A stretch of DNA of 64,000 nucleotides, from assembly GCF_006345805.1 (NCBI RefSeq), contig NC_043006.1, positions 19,902,001-19,966,000 of the forward strand, in the 5' to 3' direction. The notes beneath the pieces are model-generated. The model saw only the letters and a program-made list of their open reading frames with translations. It had not been told where the DNA came from and did no database searches. The position numbers and the translations under genes were made by a program. Below are positions 34,862 through 48,965 of this stretch, one piece after another. Origin of the DNA: Octopus sinensis. Lineage: Eukaryota. Each line of letters begins with the position of its first letter. Position 1 is the stretch's first letter.

Positions 34862-35234
34862 TAGGAGCACTCCGTCGGTTACGACGATGAGGGTCCCAGC
34901 TGATACGATCAACGGAACAGCTTGCTCATGGAATTAACATGCAAGTGGCTGAGCATTCCACAGACACGTGTACCCTTAACGTAGTTCTCGAGGAGATTCA
35001 GCGTGACACAGAGTGTGACAAGGCTGGCCCTTTGAAATACAGGTACAACAGAAACAGGAAGAAAGAGTGAGAGAAAGCTGTGGTGAAATAGTACACCCCC
35101 CCCCCCTGCAGGAGCCTTGTGAAGCTTTAGGTGTTTTCGCTCAATAAACACTCACAATGCCCGGTCTGGGAATCGAAACCGCGATCCTACGACCGCGAGT
35201 CCGCTGCCCTAACCACTGGGCCATTGCGCCTCCA
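34862..35234 (-). mobile_element. SINE-C, tail variant 2
   Basis: Full-length family match. Confidence 0.92.
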
Positions 35235-35339
35235 CTAATAATATATATATATGATTGTGCTCCAGTATGGCAACGATCTCTGTCTGAAATAAGTGATTGT
35301 AACAAATATATGTGTGGTTGCGTTGAGGGAAGGAAGGAC

Positions 35340-35520
35340 AGATAGACAGACAGATAGGGAGATAGATAGACAGGCAGACAACTAGGTAGGACAGACAGAC
35401 AGATAGATAGGTAGAAAGATAGAAATAAAGAGATACATACATAGACAGATAAGATTGATATGCAAATAGGTAGAAAGACAGATAGACAAGGAGTAGGTAG
35501 GTAGATAAATAGATAGATAA

Positions 35521-35592
<72 letters not shown>

Positions 35593-35602
35593 GTAGGTAG
35601 AT

Positions 35603-35660
<58 letters not shown>

Positions 35661-35665
35661 GTAGG

Positions 35666-35736
<71 letters not shown>

Positions 35737-35741
35737 GTAGG

Positions 35742-35780
<39 letters not shown>

Positions 35781-35785
35781 GTAGG

Positions 35786-35860
<75 letters not shown>

Positions 35861-35897
35861 GTAGGTAGATAGATAGATAGATAGATAGATAAGTAGG

Positions 35898-35968
<71 letters not shown>

Positions 35969-35973
35969 GTAGG

Positions 35974-36020
<47 letters not shown>

Positions 36021-36199
36021 TTAAACGAACAGGCAGAAAGTTTGACAGACAGTGACCAACAGACAAGTAGCTGGATAGACTGACAGACAGACAGATAAAC
36101 AGATAGATTGATAGGCAGATAGACAAACAGAGAGATAGATAGAGAGACAGATAGACAGACAGATAGACAGACAAAAAGGCAAACAGACAGATAGGTAGG

Positions 36200-36233
<34 letters not shown>

Positions 36234-36290
36234 CACAGAGAGATAGGTAGAAAGATAAACAGGTAAATAGAAAGATACGTAGAAAGATAA

Positions 36291-36329
<39 letters not shown>

Positions 36330-36358
36330 GCCAAACAAACAGAAAGATAGATAAACAA
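35340..36358. repeat. ~1-kb (GATA)n/(GACA)n microsatellite
   Basis: Direct reading; recurrent AGATAAGTAGGT interruptions. Confidence 0.97.
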
Positions 36359-36749
36359 AGAGAATACCTCTCGAAAGCATTCTGTATATGAAACAGATTA
36401 CAGCAACTTCGCCAATGTGGAGTAGTCAAGGAGATTGTTGCTTCATAAGTGAACAATGCTTAATATCTTAGACAAAATTTACCTGCAATAGGACTTTACT
36501 TCGGTTCAGATGACTAATGAGATATGTCAGTTATATAATGATACAGCTGTCAACAGCAATGAACTGTATTGCTCTGTGGTATGTATCTACATCTAGCTAG
36601 ATGGGATTGACGCAGTGAGAGGGAAGTGTTTTTAACGCAGGACATAATGAGTCAATCGACACAGGTGACAAACCATCAGGCTTTTGACTGACAGATTGAC
36701 ATCATAATACCTTAGTCACATGTGACTCTCTAAATTATTAATTATGGTA

Positions 36750-37160
36750 GGTGCAGGAGTGGCTGTGTGGTAAGTAGCTTGTTTACCAACCACATGGTTC
36801 CGGGTTCAGTCCCACTGCGTGGCACCTTGGGCAAGTGTCTTCTACTATAGCCTCGGGCTGACCAAAGCCTTGTGAGTGGATTTGGTAGACGGAAACTGAA
36901 AGAAGCCTGTCGTATATATATGTATATATATATATGCATGTGTGTGTTTGTGTGTCTGTGTTTGCCCCCCTAGGATTGCTTGACAACCGATGCTGGTGTG
37001 TTTATGTCCCCGTAACTTAGCAGTTCGGCAAAAGAGACCGATAGAATAAGTACTGGACTTACAAAAGAATAAGTCTGGAGGTCGAGTTGCTCGATTAAAG
37101 GCGGTGCTCCAGCATGGCCACAGTCAAATGACTGAAACAAGTAAAAGAGTAAAGAATAGA
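36750..37160 (+). mobile_element. SINE-A
   Basis: Full-length family match. Confidence 0.93.
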
Positions 37161-37369
37161 GGTGCGACCATGACTGGTCATCTACTGTAATTGTAATATA
37201 AAGACTGCTTTGCAACTGTATGGCTTCAGGGTCAGTTTTACACGGCAACAACTTAAGCAAGTGGTCTGTACTATAGCCACAGACTGACCAAAGGCTTGGA
37301 AGTGAACATGATGGATGGGAACTGTGCAGAACATTGTGTGTGTGTGTGTACACATATATATGTATGTAG

Positions 37370-37602
37370 AAGGCGGCGAGCTGGCAGAATCGTTAGCACG
37401 CCGGGCGAAATGCATAGCCGTATTTCGTCTGCCGTTACGTTCTGAGTTCAAATTCCGCCGAGGTCGACTTTGCCTTTCATCCTTTCGGGGTAGATTAAAT
37501 AAGTACCAGTTATGCACTGGGATCGATATAATCGACTTAATCCGTTTGTCTGTCCTTGTTTGTCCCCTCTATGTTTAGCTCCTTGTGGGTAATAAAGAAA
37601 CA
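37370..37602 (+). mobile_element. SINE-B
   Basis: Full-length family match. Confidence 0.93.
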
Positions 37603-37627
37603 TATATATGTATGTAAAGGTTAAACT

Positions 37628-37790
37628 AGGCGTAGGAATGGCTGTGTGGTAAGTAGCTTGCTTACCAACCACATGGTTCCAGGTTCAGTCCCACTGCGTG
37701 GCACCTTGGGCAAGTGTCTTCTACTATAGCCTCAGGCTGACCAAAGCCTTGTGAGTGGATTTGGCAGACAGAAACTGGAAGAAGCCCGTC
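37628..37790 (+). mobile_element. SINE-A 5' half
   Basis: Head up to the (GT)n tract. Confidence 0.88.
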
Positions 37791-37821
<31 letters not shown>

Positions 37822-38879
37822 CGTGCGTGCGTGTGTGTGTGCGTGTGTGTGTGTGTTATATTTCACTTGTCATTTGAGCAAATTAGTACTTCCTTTGTTG
37901 ACATAAAGCTCAGTCAGTCTGCAGAGATCTAAGGGATAAAAAAATAAATCCCAAACAGAGTTATCTACCTTTACTAAAATCAGACACTTTACTAAAATAG
38001 ACACTTGGCGATGACCATCGATGGATTTGGTCTTTATACAAGGTAGAAAGAGGGTTTGTGCGTGGTTACTTAAACAGCTAAAAAGAGCAGTCAAATTTCT
38101 TTCAAATCAGAACCAAAAGATTTGAAAAGGAAGGATATATCAGATCATACAGTGATGTAGTGCTTGATATATCATCATCATCATCATCATCATATAATAA
38201 TAATAATAATATTAATCACAAAGTTATTGTGTATAGTGCTCAGGTACACTACAACTCATCAAAGGTGCATGTACAGTACATAGAATTATGTACAAAAGAC
38301 AGGAAAGTGAACAGTGTATGAGTCATGGTATACATGTGTGCATGCTTGAGAGCCGAACATGATGGTCACATTTGGAACAGCTTTGATCATAGGACTGCTC
38401 AGTCAGTGCTATCCAAGTTTACACAACAAGCAAGTAAATAGGTTTAAGACATTCATTCTATGCACATGAAAACAATTCTAATCTATCTTTCTATCTATCT
38501 TTCTCTCCCCCTCTCTCTTTATCGACTTCTCTCTCCCTTCTCTCTGTCTCTACTTCTTCCTCTCTCTACTTCTCTTTCACAAATATTGGCAGATTTTGTT
38601 CAACCTATTTTGTTAGAGAGTGACATAGATACTCCCAGTGACACTGTGTCTTCCATTTTAAAAGAGGTCATATTCAGTTGATTACATGGTCTACTGTGTG
38701 ATGTCTCATACTCAAGTGGACATCTCACTGGAGTGTGAGTCTAGGAAGATTCAACAGCTTCATAAGAACCAGATTGGATATCAGATAAACAGGGATCCGT
38801 AGTCACTGACACTTTTACCAGCACTGTATTGAGTATAAGTCTCAAAGGCTCAGTCTACCTAACTGTAAATAAGTGCCAC

Positions 38880-39535
38880 AATGTGGTATAGTTCACTTTA
38901 TTGTGTCTATGACTAAGACATTTAACTGTCAATGGCCTAGTCTGCATGGTAGTAAATAGATATCGCAATGTGGTGTGGCCTACCAAAGGAAGCAGGAACT
39001 GGATTATAAAATGAATAATTTTCTTTGATATCCAGCCATTCAAATTCACCCGTATCAGTGGCACGTAAAAACCACCAACCAATCGTGGCCGTTGCCAGCC
39101 TCCCCTGGCACCTAAAAAGCACGATCCGTACGTGGTTGATGCCAGCGCCACCTTTGATGGCTTCCATGCCGGTGGTACATAAAAAGCACCAACCGATCAT
39201 GGCTGTTTGCCAGCCTCCCCTGGCACGTAAAAAGCACCATCCGTATGTGGTTGATGCCAGTGCCACCTTGACTGGCTTCCATGCCGGTGGCACATAAAAA
39301 GCACCAACTGATCGTGGCCGTTTGCCAGCCTCCCCTGGCACCTGTGCCGGTGGCACGTAAAAAGCACCCACTACACTCACGGAGTGGTTGGCGTTAGGAA
39401 GGGCATCCAGCTGCAGAAACACTGCCAGATCAGACTGGAGCCTGGTGCAGCCTCCTGGCTTCCCAGACCCCAGTTGAACCGTCCAACCCATGCTAGCATG
39501 GAAAACGGACGTTAAACAATGATGATGATGATGAT
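38880..39535 (+). mobile_element. RTE-related element with about 5 internal repeats
   Basis: Tandem GGCAC(G/A)TAAAAAGCACC units, then family 3' end and (GAT)n. Confidence 0.88.
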
Positions 39536-40099
39536 ACACTTTCGAAGGAAGTGGTTTCAACCATACTTACCAACCTCTAAATATACAAAACATGAGGTTG
39601 AAGTCTTCTGCTAAGTCCCTATGGGACTATTGCCATATGCTGACACTACTATGATTCAAAATAGTATATGGCTATTAGGAGATGAAACACATTGCATGTA
39701 AAAGATAAGACATTGTTAGCACAGCAACATTTGTGTGTTAATAACTACTAGAGAAAGGGTGGGGAGAGATACGGCGGAGGAAAAGTAGGATAGGTGTGAG
39801 TGAGATAGAGAGAGTGAGGGTGGGACAAGAAAGAAATTTAAAGGTTTTTTTTTAAATATCTTCCTAGTGTAACAGCTGTGATCTTGAAATTATATTTATC
39901 TTCTTGTCCACTGGATTATATGCATGCATGTCTGTATGTATGGTTTGTACTTTATAGATATATGCATGCATATGTATGTATATGTGTGTGTGTGTGTGTG
40001 TGTGCCTGTATGTGTCACCATTATCATCGTTATCAACACTAAATTACATCCACTTTCCAAGGTGATATAAGCTGGACAGTTCTTCACAATCTGCACCAA

Positions 40100-40612
40100 T
40101 CTATATATATAAAACTGTAGTTGTGTGAGTGTCTGTCCCCTTCGATTTAGATTCCTAACTACTCCCACATTTTGCAGTGCAGTTTAACCAAATTCGAGTA
40201 TCTTATAGTCGTGATTCATATCGAGCCCGTCTGAGTATTAGCGCGCGTCTACAATGAGTCTACGATTTTAAAAATAATTTAACATCATTTTTTATTCCAT
40301 TTTAATGCATAATTTTTCGTGTGTCGATGGCGGCAGAGTTGGCGTCCATGGTCACACCTGCACCTGTTTGCTTCTCCCCCTTCTTCCCTCCCTCGTGAAG
40401 CTGTGGGGAAGGGAGTGTAAGGATATCAACGTCGTAAAGTGTTGTCAAGGAGACCAGCGTTCTTTTAGAACAACGACTTCATAGCTTGAAGACACCAAAA
40501 CAGAAATGGCTAAGAAAGCCCGAATTGGCATCTATAAGGGAAGTAACTCTCTAAAAATGCTTATATAGTTATTTCCCTTACAAAGCCGAGCAACGCCGGG
40601 CGATACTGCTAG
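40100..40612 (+). mobile_element. Non-autonomous Helitron
   Basis: A|TC...GCCGAGCAACGCCGGGCG..CTAG|T. Confidence 0.88.
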
Positions 40613-40981
40613 TTCTTAATAAATGTTACTGCATTGTTAAAGTGGTCAGGTGAACATATCTTGCTAGTATATTTATTTATTTCTAGATGGTTTCTACAGC
40701 TCTTCCCACCACTAACAACAACCCACCATGCAGTTATGTGCAAGTGTGCGATGCATGTGAGTGTGTGCATATGATTGCTTAATAGTTTGCACTACAATCA
40801 TATTGATCCCTGGCCATCAACAACACATTGTGAAGTATTTTATAAAAAACATTATAAAATTCTAGTGATATTTTTGTATGAAATACTACACATGACAGTA
40901 ATCTACTTTGACTGAACTAATATCATCATCATCATCATCAATATATACATATCATATATATCATACATATATATACATATA

Positions 40982-41018
<37 letters not shown>

Positions 41019-41325
41019 TTATATATATATGTATATATATAGTTTGCACTACAATCATATTGATCCCTGGCCATCAACAACACATGTGTGAAGTATTTTA
41101 TAAAAAACATTATAAAATTCTAGTGATATTTTTGTATGAAATACTACACATGACAGTAATCTACTTTGACTGAACTAATATCATCATCATCATCATCAAT
41201 ATATACATATCATATATATCATACATATATATACATATATATATGTATATATATATATATATATAATATATATATACTTATATATATATGTATATATATA
41301 CATATATATATATATATATACTATA

Positions 41326-41357
<32 letters not shown>

Positions 41358-41398
41358 CATATATATATATACATATATATATACATATATATATATAA

Positions 41399-41430
<32 letters not shown>

Positions 41431-41542
41431 CATATATATTATATATATATATATATATATAATATATATATAATATATATATATATACATATATATACAT
41501 ATATACATATATATATATATACATATATATATATACATATAT

Positions 41543-41594
<52 letters not shown>

Positions 41595-41851
41595 CACCTA
41601 CAGATATATGTGTGTGTATACCAAACTATACAAATTATACATCCCTGACAGCTGATAATACCAATCAGTTTTGCACTGCATGGTAAGATCAGCAGATATA
41701 TATATATCTTTATCTATCTATTCATCTAAGTATATGTGTGTGTGTGTGTGTGTGTGCCTGTATGTGTCACCATTATCATCGTTATCAACACTAAATTACA
41801 TCCACTTTCCAAGGTGATATAAGCTGGACAGTTCTTCACAATCTGCACCAA

Positions 41852-42364
41852 TCTATATATATAAAACTGTAGTTGTGTGAGTGTCTGTCCCCTTCGATTT
41901 AGATTCCTAACTACTCCCACATTTTGCAGTGCAGTTTAACCAAATTCGAGTATCTTATAGTCGTGATTCATATCGAGCCCGTCTGAGTATTAGCGCGCGT
42001 CTACAATGAGTCTACGATTTTAAAAATAATTTAACATCATTTTTTATTCCATTTTAATGCATAATTTTTCGTGTGTCGATGGCGGCAGAGTTGGCGTCCA
42101 TGGTCACACCTGCACCTGTTTGCTTCTCCCCCTTCTTCCCTCCCTCGTGAAGCTGTGGGGAAGGGAGTGTAAGGATATCAACGTCGTAAAGTGTTGTCAA
42201 GGAGACCAGCGTTCTTTTAGAACAACGACTTCATAGCTTGAAGACACCAAAACAGAAATGGCTAAGAAAGCCCGAATTGGCATCTATAAGGGAAGTAACT
42301 CTCTAAAAATGCTTATATAGTTATTTCCCTTACAAAGCCGAGCAACGCCGGGCGATACTGCTAG
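41852..42364 (+). mobile_element. Non-autonomous Helitron (duplicate of 40100-40612)
   Basis: Same sequence, offset 1752 bp. Confidence 0.88.
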
Positions 42365-42988
42365 TTCTTAATAAATGTTACTGCATTGTTAAAGTGGTCA
42401 GGTGAACATATCTTGCTAGTATATTTATTTATTTCTAGATGGTTTCTACAGCTCTTCCCACCACTAACAACAACCCACCATGCAGTTATGTGCAAGTGTG
42501 TGATGCATGTGAGTGTGTGCATATGATTGCTTAATAGTTTGCACTACAATCATATTGATCCCTGGCCATCAACAACAACACATTGTGAAGTATTTTATAA
42601 AAAACATTATAAAATTCTAGTGATATTTTTGTATGAAATACTACACATGACAGTAATCTACTTTGACTGAACTAATATCATCATCATCATCATCAATATA
42701 TACATATCATATATATCATACATATATATACATATATATTATATATATATTATATATATATATATATATACTTATATATATATGTATATATATAGTTTGC
42801 ACTACAATCATATTGATCCCTGGCCATCAACAACACATTGTGAAGTATTTTATAAAAAACATTATAAAATTCTAGTGATATTTTTGTATGAAATACTACA
42901 CATGACAGTAATCTACTTTGACTGAACTAATATCATCATCATCATCAATATATACATATCATATATATCATACATATATATACATATA

Positions 42989-43025
<37 letters not shown>

Positions 43026-43290
43026 TTATATATATATGTATATATATACATATATATTATATATACTATATATATTATATATATATACATATATATATAT
43101 ACATATATATATATACATATATATTACATATATATCTATATATATATATATATATATACATATATAATATATATACATATATATCTATATATATATATAT
43201 ATAATATATATACATAATATATATATATATATATACATATATTACATATATACATATATATATATACATTATATATATATATACATATAT

Positions 43291-43340
<50 letters not shown>

Positions 43341-43480
43341 CACCTACAGATATATGTGTGTGTATACCAAACTATACAAATTATACATCCCTGACAGCTG
43401 ATAATACCAATCAGTTTTGCACTGCATGGTAAGATCAGCAGATATATATATATCTTTATCTATCTATTCATCTAAGTATA

Positions 43481-43539
<59 letters not shown>

Positions 43540-43689
43540 TATATATATATGTATATCTATAAACATATGTCACATTTACGAGCTTTTGAAGTTTAAGTGC
43601 ATTTTCAACAACACATTTTCCTATATTTTTTCATGCATGGAAACACCACTCCCTCTTTTGCTACATATATATATTTATTTCATCTAGTG

Positions 43690-44425
43690 TCAGCTCACGA
43701 GCTGTGGCCATGCTGGGGCACCGCCATTTGGTGTTGCTGCATAATTTTACTTTGCGAATGCTTTTTAGCAATTGACATTTGGTGCATGAGAGGGTTTGAT
43801 GCAGCTGCCCTCATCTGCACCTCCTGCTGCAAAGTTGATTCATGTGGGACACCTGACAGGAAGAGATCCAGTTTTATTTTGAAGACACCTACATCCACCC
43901 CATGCAGGTCTCTCAGGTCCTTCGGAAGGATATTGAAGAGCTGTGGACCTCTGAAACCCAGGCTATTGCAGTATCTTGTCCTACATCTTGTTGGCAAATT
44001 TAGAGTCCTTGGCACCATGCAGTGGTGCCCAGTTCTAGTATTTGTGTAACTCTCGATGCCAAAGTTTGGGACAAATCCTTCTAGGATCTTCCAATGTATA
44101 TTATGGCATATCTTTCTCGCCTACGCTCTAAGGAATAGAGTCTTAATCTCTTGAGTCTTTCCCAGTAGCTTATATGCTGCATAGAGGCTATCTTCTTCGT
44201 GTAGCTTCGTTGGATTGACTCAAGTTCTAAGATTAATTTGACACTGGTTGGTGACCATAGCTGAGAGCAATAGTCAAGGTGGCTTAGGACAAGTGTCCTC
44301 CAGAGGACCATCATGGTTTCCTGGTCTCTTATTCTAAAAGCTCTAAGAATCCATCCGGTTAGCTGCTTACATTTCATTGCCAATTTAGCAACATGCACAT
44401 GAAAGGTTGCATCATTACTCATGTA
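43690..44425 (-). mobile_element. CR1/L2-group LINE 3' fragment
   Basis: LDYCSQLWSP..ELESIQRSYT..YWERLKRLRLYSLERRRERY and GPQLFNILP motifs. Confidence 0.92.
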
Positions 44426-44549
44426 AATGCCCAGGTCTCGCACTGTTTGAGTGGGTAGTGGGAAGCCAGGAGGCCTCACCAGGCTTCATTCTGATCGCGC
44501 TATGTTTCTACTGCTGGATGCCCTTCCTAATGCCCACAACTTTTTACAT

Positions 44550-44965
44550 GTCACTGGCACAGCTTGGAAGGAATGTGTGTGGCATGTGATCATCACATTG
44601 ACCAGAACAGAGAAAGTTATCATTGCACTACCTGCTCACAGGCCAATGCAAAGTTGCAGAAAATACATGGAGAGGAGTGTATGAGCCACACACGCAAGTA
44701 TACAATTGGTTCAGACGTTTCCAAGATTGCCCAAAAATGTCTCAATATTAACAAACATTTTGGGAGACTCACAACCAGCAGAACTGACGAAAACATCAGA
44801 GATGTGCATGCAGCTGTGAGGGGAAATCATCAAATTAATTTCCCTGAGTTATCAGAGGATGTGCAGATTAGTTGTGGTCAAGTTCAGTCCATTATCAATG
44901 AAGATTTGGGTATGAGATGTGTGTCTGCCAAGTTTGTGCCATAACTGCTTTCAGCTGACCAAGAA
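44550..44965 (+). mobile_element. Mariner 5' fragment, degenerate
   Basis: RTDENIRDVHAAV..EDLGMRCVSAKFVP. Confidence 0.8.
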
Positions 44966-44967
44966 CG

Positions 44968-45675
44968 GTGAAAACTTTTCGAAAACTGCGTAGGCCTCTG
45001 AGCAGGTATCGTCTAGCATTTGGCAAAATTTGATGCAGACTCTCTCCTCAGCTTTCATTCTTATGGTTAACGTGATGATCACATGCTACACACCTTCCTT
45101 CCAAGCACTGCTATAAACAGCGGCAGTGAGCTAGACTGTTAAAACTTAGTGCAGGAGTGGCTGTGTGGTAAGTAGCTTGCTAACCAACCACATGGTTCCG
45201 GGTTCAGTCCCACTGCATGGCATCTTGGGCAAGTGTCTTCTGCTATAGCCTCGGGCCGACCAATGCCTTGTGAGTGGATTTGGTAGACGGGAACTGAAAG
45301 AAGCCTGTCGTATATATGTATATATATATATATATGTGTATGTGTGTATATGTGTTTGTGTGTCTGTGTTTGTCCCCCTAGCATTGCTTGACAACCGATG
45401 CTGGTGTGTTTACATCCCCGTCACTTAGCGGTTCGGCAAAAGAGACCGAGAGAATAAGTACTGGGCTTACAAAGAATAAGTCCCGGGGTCGATTTGCTCG
45501 ACTAAAGGCGGTGCTCCAGCATGGCCACAGTCAAATGACTGAAACATATAAAAGAGTAAGAGTATACACAGCAGAGTTCAAGGTCAATCTGTGCCAAGTG
45601 GCTTCCCTCTGTGTGCTCTAGCTTCATTACTATGGCAACAGTTCGGATACTTATTGATTAGACCTTATATATACT
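44968..45675 (-). mobile_element. Mariner 5' end of the same family, interrupted by SINE-A
   Basis: TIR-like TAAGGTCTAATCAATAAGTATCCG near 45670; leader homologous to the 44550 copy. Confidence 0.75.
45148..45562 (+). mobile_element. SINE-A
   Basis: Full-length family match. Confidence 0.93.
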
Positions 45676-45887
45676 TAAAAGTGGGTTTGGAGGGATATAT
45701 TATCCAGGCGGATACTGTATTAGCTCTCAGTGAAGTTCCAATTAATGGCCAACCCAAAACGATCAGTATCTAACATCTGTGACTACAATTAGTTGTTTGT
45801 CACCTCATGAATTTTTCTGATCAGTAATTCCATGTACTTTTCACTGGACGTTAAAAATTATATTTTTAACGTACATATTAATAGTAA

Positions 45888-46295
45888 TAGGAGTGGCTGT
45901 GTGGTAAGTAGCCTGTTTACCAACCACATGGTTCCAGGTTCAGTTCCACTGCGTGGCATCTTGGGCAAGTGTCTTCTGCTGACGCCTTGTGAGTGGATTT
46001 GGTATACAGAAACTGAAAGAAGCCCGTCGTATATATGTATATATATGTATGTGTGTGTGTGTTTGTGTGTATGTGTTTGACCCCCTAGCATTGCTTGACA
46101 ACCGATGCTGGTGTGTTTACATCCCCGTAACTTAGCGGTTCAGCAAAAGAGACCGATAGAATAAGTACTGGGCTTACAAAGAATAAGTCCCGGGGTCGAT
46201 TTGCTCGACTAAAGGCGGTGCTCCAGCATGGCCGCAGTCAAATGACCCCAGGATGGCAACGGTAAAATGACTGAAACAGTAAAAGAATAAAAGAA
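45888..46295 (+). mobile_element. SINE-A
   Basis: Family match with an internal deletion. Confidence 0.92.
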
Positions 46296-46938
46296 AACAA
46301 ATACATACATACATACATATGTGTATGTGTTTGTGTGTATGTAGATGCATGTGTGTGTGTGTGTGTGTGTAACTTAAAACTATATCTTCTTTAAATTTCT
46401 GACAGTTCCATCCAATTTAGCTGTTTTCTCTTGTATTTGCCTTGTTGTCACCCTTCCTTTTTACATTCACGTCCTTAAGTTTTTTTGTGTAATATTTCTA
46501 ACGCAGCTGAGAGCACTTGATTGCCACATCAATCATATTTCTTTAACTCAAGTGCTACGTGAAAATTTGTTTCTTTATGCCTCAAGAAGTTTGCTGGTCT
46601 AAATCCAACATTAAGAATAGTGTTAAAATAGAGGATTTAGAAACTATTACAGTTTCCACGGCAACAGATGCGACCAAGCTGTATAAAACCTATTCACCCC
46701 GTTACAAATCTTCTTGTCTAACATACATCATCTTCAGTACTGACACATCGAAAATAATAATCACACACACACACACACATACACACACATATATATATAT
46801 ATATATCATATTAAATTAGAGATAAAACCACTATTAGGCAAATCATACAATGAAAAACTTAAGCCAATACATAAGATTAATTAATTTATATTATTTTAAA
46901 TATATATCAAAATTATTAAAAAAAGATAATTAGTATAA

Positions 46939-47001
46939 CACTACGATCGTTTCATGGCTGTCCAATTCGTAAAAATTCGAGTTACAATCATTCTTCAGGT
47001 G
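46939..47001 (-). ncRNA. Minimal type-I hammerhead ribozyme motif with intact core
   Basis: CAC-CTGAAGA-ATG..32 nt..CAT-GAAA-C GATC G-TA-GTG; palindromic stem III loop, GUA site. Confidence 0.65.
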
Positions 47002-47599
47002 ATTGAAATATTTAACTTAGCGAGGTTTAATTAATATATATATATATATTATTTTTATATATATATATATATATGTTAATTAAAGAATACAGTATTATAG
47101 ATTCACTTCAGCTGATCTTACCAATCAGTTTTGCACTAGGTATTAATTAACCAGACATTAAATAATACTGTTATGTAATACCATGTGCTCTTCAGAGATG
47201 ACAGGTGTGGAAAAAATATTTTTTCCACATTTGCCAAAAAATATTTTTTGCTGTTATCTAATATCAAGTTACTTAATACCCAGTGAAAAACCAACTAGTA
47301 AGATGAGATGAAATGGATTTATATTGTAAATTCTGATTACTAAACCCACTCTACTGACAAATATATGAGTATCCAAGATGTATCAAAGAACAGAGTCTGC
47401 TGTACAATTTAACAAGATAATGAGGAATGATGGAATAAATGATGTTTAAGTGTATCAAATCAGCTAAACAATGGAAAGTAAGCCAACTTATTATACCAAT
47501 ATCTTAGAGAAAGTTCCATTATTATGCCAGGTAACAAAGCTTTCTCTCTCATATGTCACCATGTGTTACAATAAGTCTTTGAGATAACAACAGGAATGA

Positions 47600-48050
47600 C
47601 AATGTCATTCACCAACGGGCTCTTGCTTTAGAGAACTTTGATGAAAACAGTTTTCTTGTTCTAGATAACAGCAAACCTACAACCATGTCTGGCATTCAAA
47701 TCTCCTATGGGCTCTACCCATTTCCCATCTATTAGCTTTCCGTCAAACCACCCTACTAAAGTACGTGTTCATGAAGTTCTTTCTGTCCTGTTTTCAACCA
47801 ACTCTAGAGTGTCCCAAGGTTTGTTTCTGTTCCCAATTCTCTTCTTTCAATACTTTGATGACCTTCTTGCAACCGCATCCAACAACACCTACCTACACTC
47901 ATGACCCTTCCTCTCCAACTTTCCCCAACCATGCAGCATCACTCCTGCTCAACCCAATCACCACATGCCAAGCTTGCACTGATTTTATAAATGGAGATCT
48001 TGAGAGCATCCTTCATTGGGGCCGTATCTTTGTTGTTCAACCATGAAGAT
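47600..48050 (+). mobile_element. L2/CR1-group RT fragment, highly degenerate
   Basis: SYG..P..SF.S..(K)VRV...NSRVSQG..LFPILFFQYFDDLL matches RT domains 3-5. Confidence 0.7.
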
Positions 48051-48295
48051 TCAGCTTGATAATTGAATAACCTACTCCTGAATAAAGGAGTAAGTGGCTA
48101 ACATTTCACCAAGATGCCATATAGTGAGATCAAACCCAGGAACTCATAGTTGCAAAGCTAACTTCTTGACCATACTGCACCTACTCTTAGTCTTATAATT
48201 GACTAGCTTAAAAGCCAATTTCCATGCGGACAGCAATAATAATAAAGCAATTATTGGTACCATACTAATATTGTATTACTTTAAATTCAGTTTAA

Positions 48296-48515
48296 CCCTT
48301 TAGTGTTTAAACGGGCCATATCCGGCCCAAATATTCTACAAGTTTTATATTTGAACTAGCCATATCTAGCCTCTCACACCTAACCTACACTGACATTCTA
48401 AAAATAAATAATCACATTATTGAAACCTCAAAGCTATGAGATAATGCAGGATTAATTCAAAACAATTTGAGTGAAAAAGCATTACATTTAACAGAGTAAT
48501 CTGAACAGTAAAGGG
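48296..48515. mobile_element. MITE-P1
   Basis: TTAA|CCCTTTAGTG...AAAGGG|TTAA. Confidence 0.88.
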
Positions 48516-48557
48516 TTAAATGAAAAACTTGCAAGATCACAAATTTTGGGAGTTCTT

Positions 48558-48965
48558 TTAACTCTTTACTCTTTTACTTGTTTCAGTCATTTGACTGCGG
48601 CCATGCTGGAGCACCGCCTTTAGTCGAGCAAATCGACCCCGGGACTTATTCTTTGTAAGCCCAGTACTTATTCTCTCGGTCTCTTTTGCCGAACCGCTAA
48701 GTAACAGGAACATAAACACACCAGCATCGGTCGTCAAGCAATGCTAGGGGGACAAACACAGACACACAAACATATACACACACACTTGTATATATATATA
48801 CATATATACGACAGGCTTCTTTCAGTTTCCGTCTACCAAATCCACTCACAAGGCATTGGTCGGCCCGAGGCTATAGCAGAAGACACTTGCCCAAGATGCC
48901 ACGCAGTGGGACTGAAACCGGAACCATGTGGCTGGTTAGCAAGCTACTTACCACACAGCCACTCC
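48558..48965 (-). mobile_element. SINE-A
   Basis: Full-length family match. Confidence 0.93.

Larger units (their letters stand above)
39978..43475. repeat. Tandem duplication, two ~1.75-kb units
   Basis: 39978-41729 and 41730-43475 near-identical except for microsatellite lengths; each has a nested ~250-bp duplication. Confidence 0.95.

Noticed and set aside
35141-36456. 405- and 415-aa ORFs
   Set aside because: Translations of the (GATA)n array (YLSI repeats)
41166-43269. YI-repeat ORFs
   Set aside because: (AT)n microsatellite translations; the same applies to 59721-60113 and 63553-63981
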